Assembly (NCBI RefSeq): GCF_000150275.1
Contig: NW_002060965.1
Location: 124,001 to 188,000 of the forward strand
Length of the DNA stretch: 64,000 bases
Reading direction: 5' to 3'
Source of the DNA: Trichoplax adhaerens
Lineage: Eukaryota; Animalia; Placozoa
The stretch's first letter is position 1; the number at the start of each line of letters is the position of its first letter. Position numbers and translations under genes: made by a program. Positions 63,591 to 64,000 of the stretch are shown here, one piece after another. A model generated the notes under the pieces. It saw only the letters and a list, made by a program, of their open reading frames with translations, was not told the DNA's origin and searched no databases.

Positions 63591-64000
63591 TGGACTAGAG
63601 TTTCAATACAAGGTCCTAATCAATTTCTCCATTCTCTAGAGGTTATTTTAGGAACAGAATACATCATCAGCGGACTATTAACCTTGTTTACCAACGGAGC
63701 ATTGTTGATGTTCATCTTGGCTAATAAGAAACTAAAGACGTCTAAACTCATTATAATTTGTAGCACATTGATTGCTGGCATACTCTTCGCTAGTTGCTAC
63801 ATTTTGCCTCGTTTTACGCTTTTACTTAAGAATGGACAATCTGAATGGCCTCAAGACTATCGTTGTGGATTGATATCGCGCCTTGGATTAGCCATTTTTT
63901 TCTGTTTAAATATTCATTTGATCATGAGAATTATGGAAATGTATATCCAAATTTGTCATCCATTCCAGTCGCAACATGTATTAACCAGTAGAAACATAAC
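63591..64000 (+). CDS. Rhodopsin-like (class A) GPCR, TM1-TM3/ICL2, truncated by the window end; possibly a pseudogene
   Basis: The frame is open from 63585 to the end: ILGTEYIISGLLTLFTNGALLMFILANKKLK (TM1), IIICSTLIAGILFASCYILP (TM2), C...GLAIFFCLNIHLIMRIMEMYIQICHPF (TM3 with a DRY-like EMY and an ICL2 HPF). There is no in-frame ATG before TM1. Confidence 0.75.

Overview
This is AT-rich eukaryotic genomic DNA with compact genes and many short GT-AG introns. Composition, intron size and gene content suggest an early-branching animal such as a placozoan (inference). I assembled six spliced genes by hand, checking splice phase at every junction: (1) an orphan of ~1167 aa (9281-13680, +) with an RFX X-box upstream and a C-terminal array of ESCRT MIM1-like helices alternating with PKA-type RRxS sites; (2) sideroflexin-5 (+); (3) NSE4/NSMCE4, the SMC5/6 kleisin (-), essentially invisible in the ORF track; (4) the TEX49/SPMIP11 axonemal MIP (+), also with an X-box; (5) LYAR (-); (6) TACC (+). 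Two intronless tandem paralogs follow (44364-47042 and 50203-52209). Each encodes a signal peptide, an N-terminal-His LPMO-like copper domain, 2 EGF modules, 2-3 DOMON domains with Met/His heme-ligand pairs, and a GPI-like tail. They are the best candidate for an undescribed system: a surface-tethered copper oxygenase carrying its own heme wire. A class-A GPCR runs off the right edge. The flanks hold several degenerate tandem repeats and probable decayed LRR/GPCR remnants. I found no rRNA, tRNA, CRISPR array or intact transposon.
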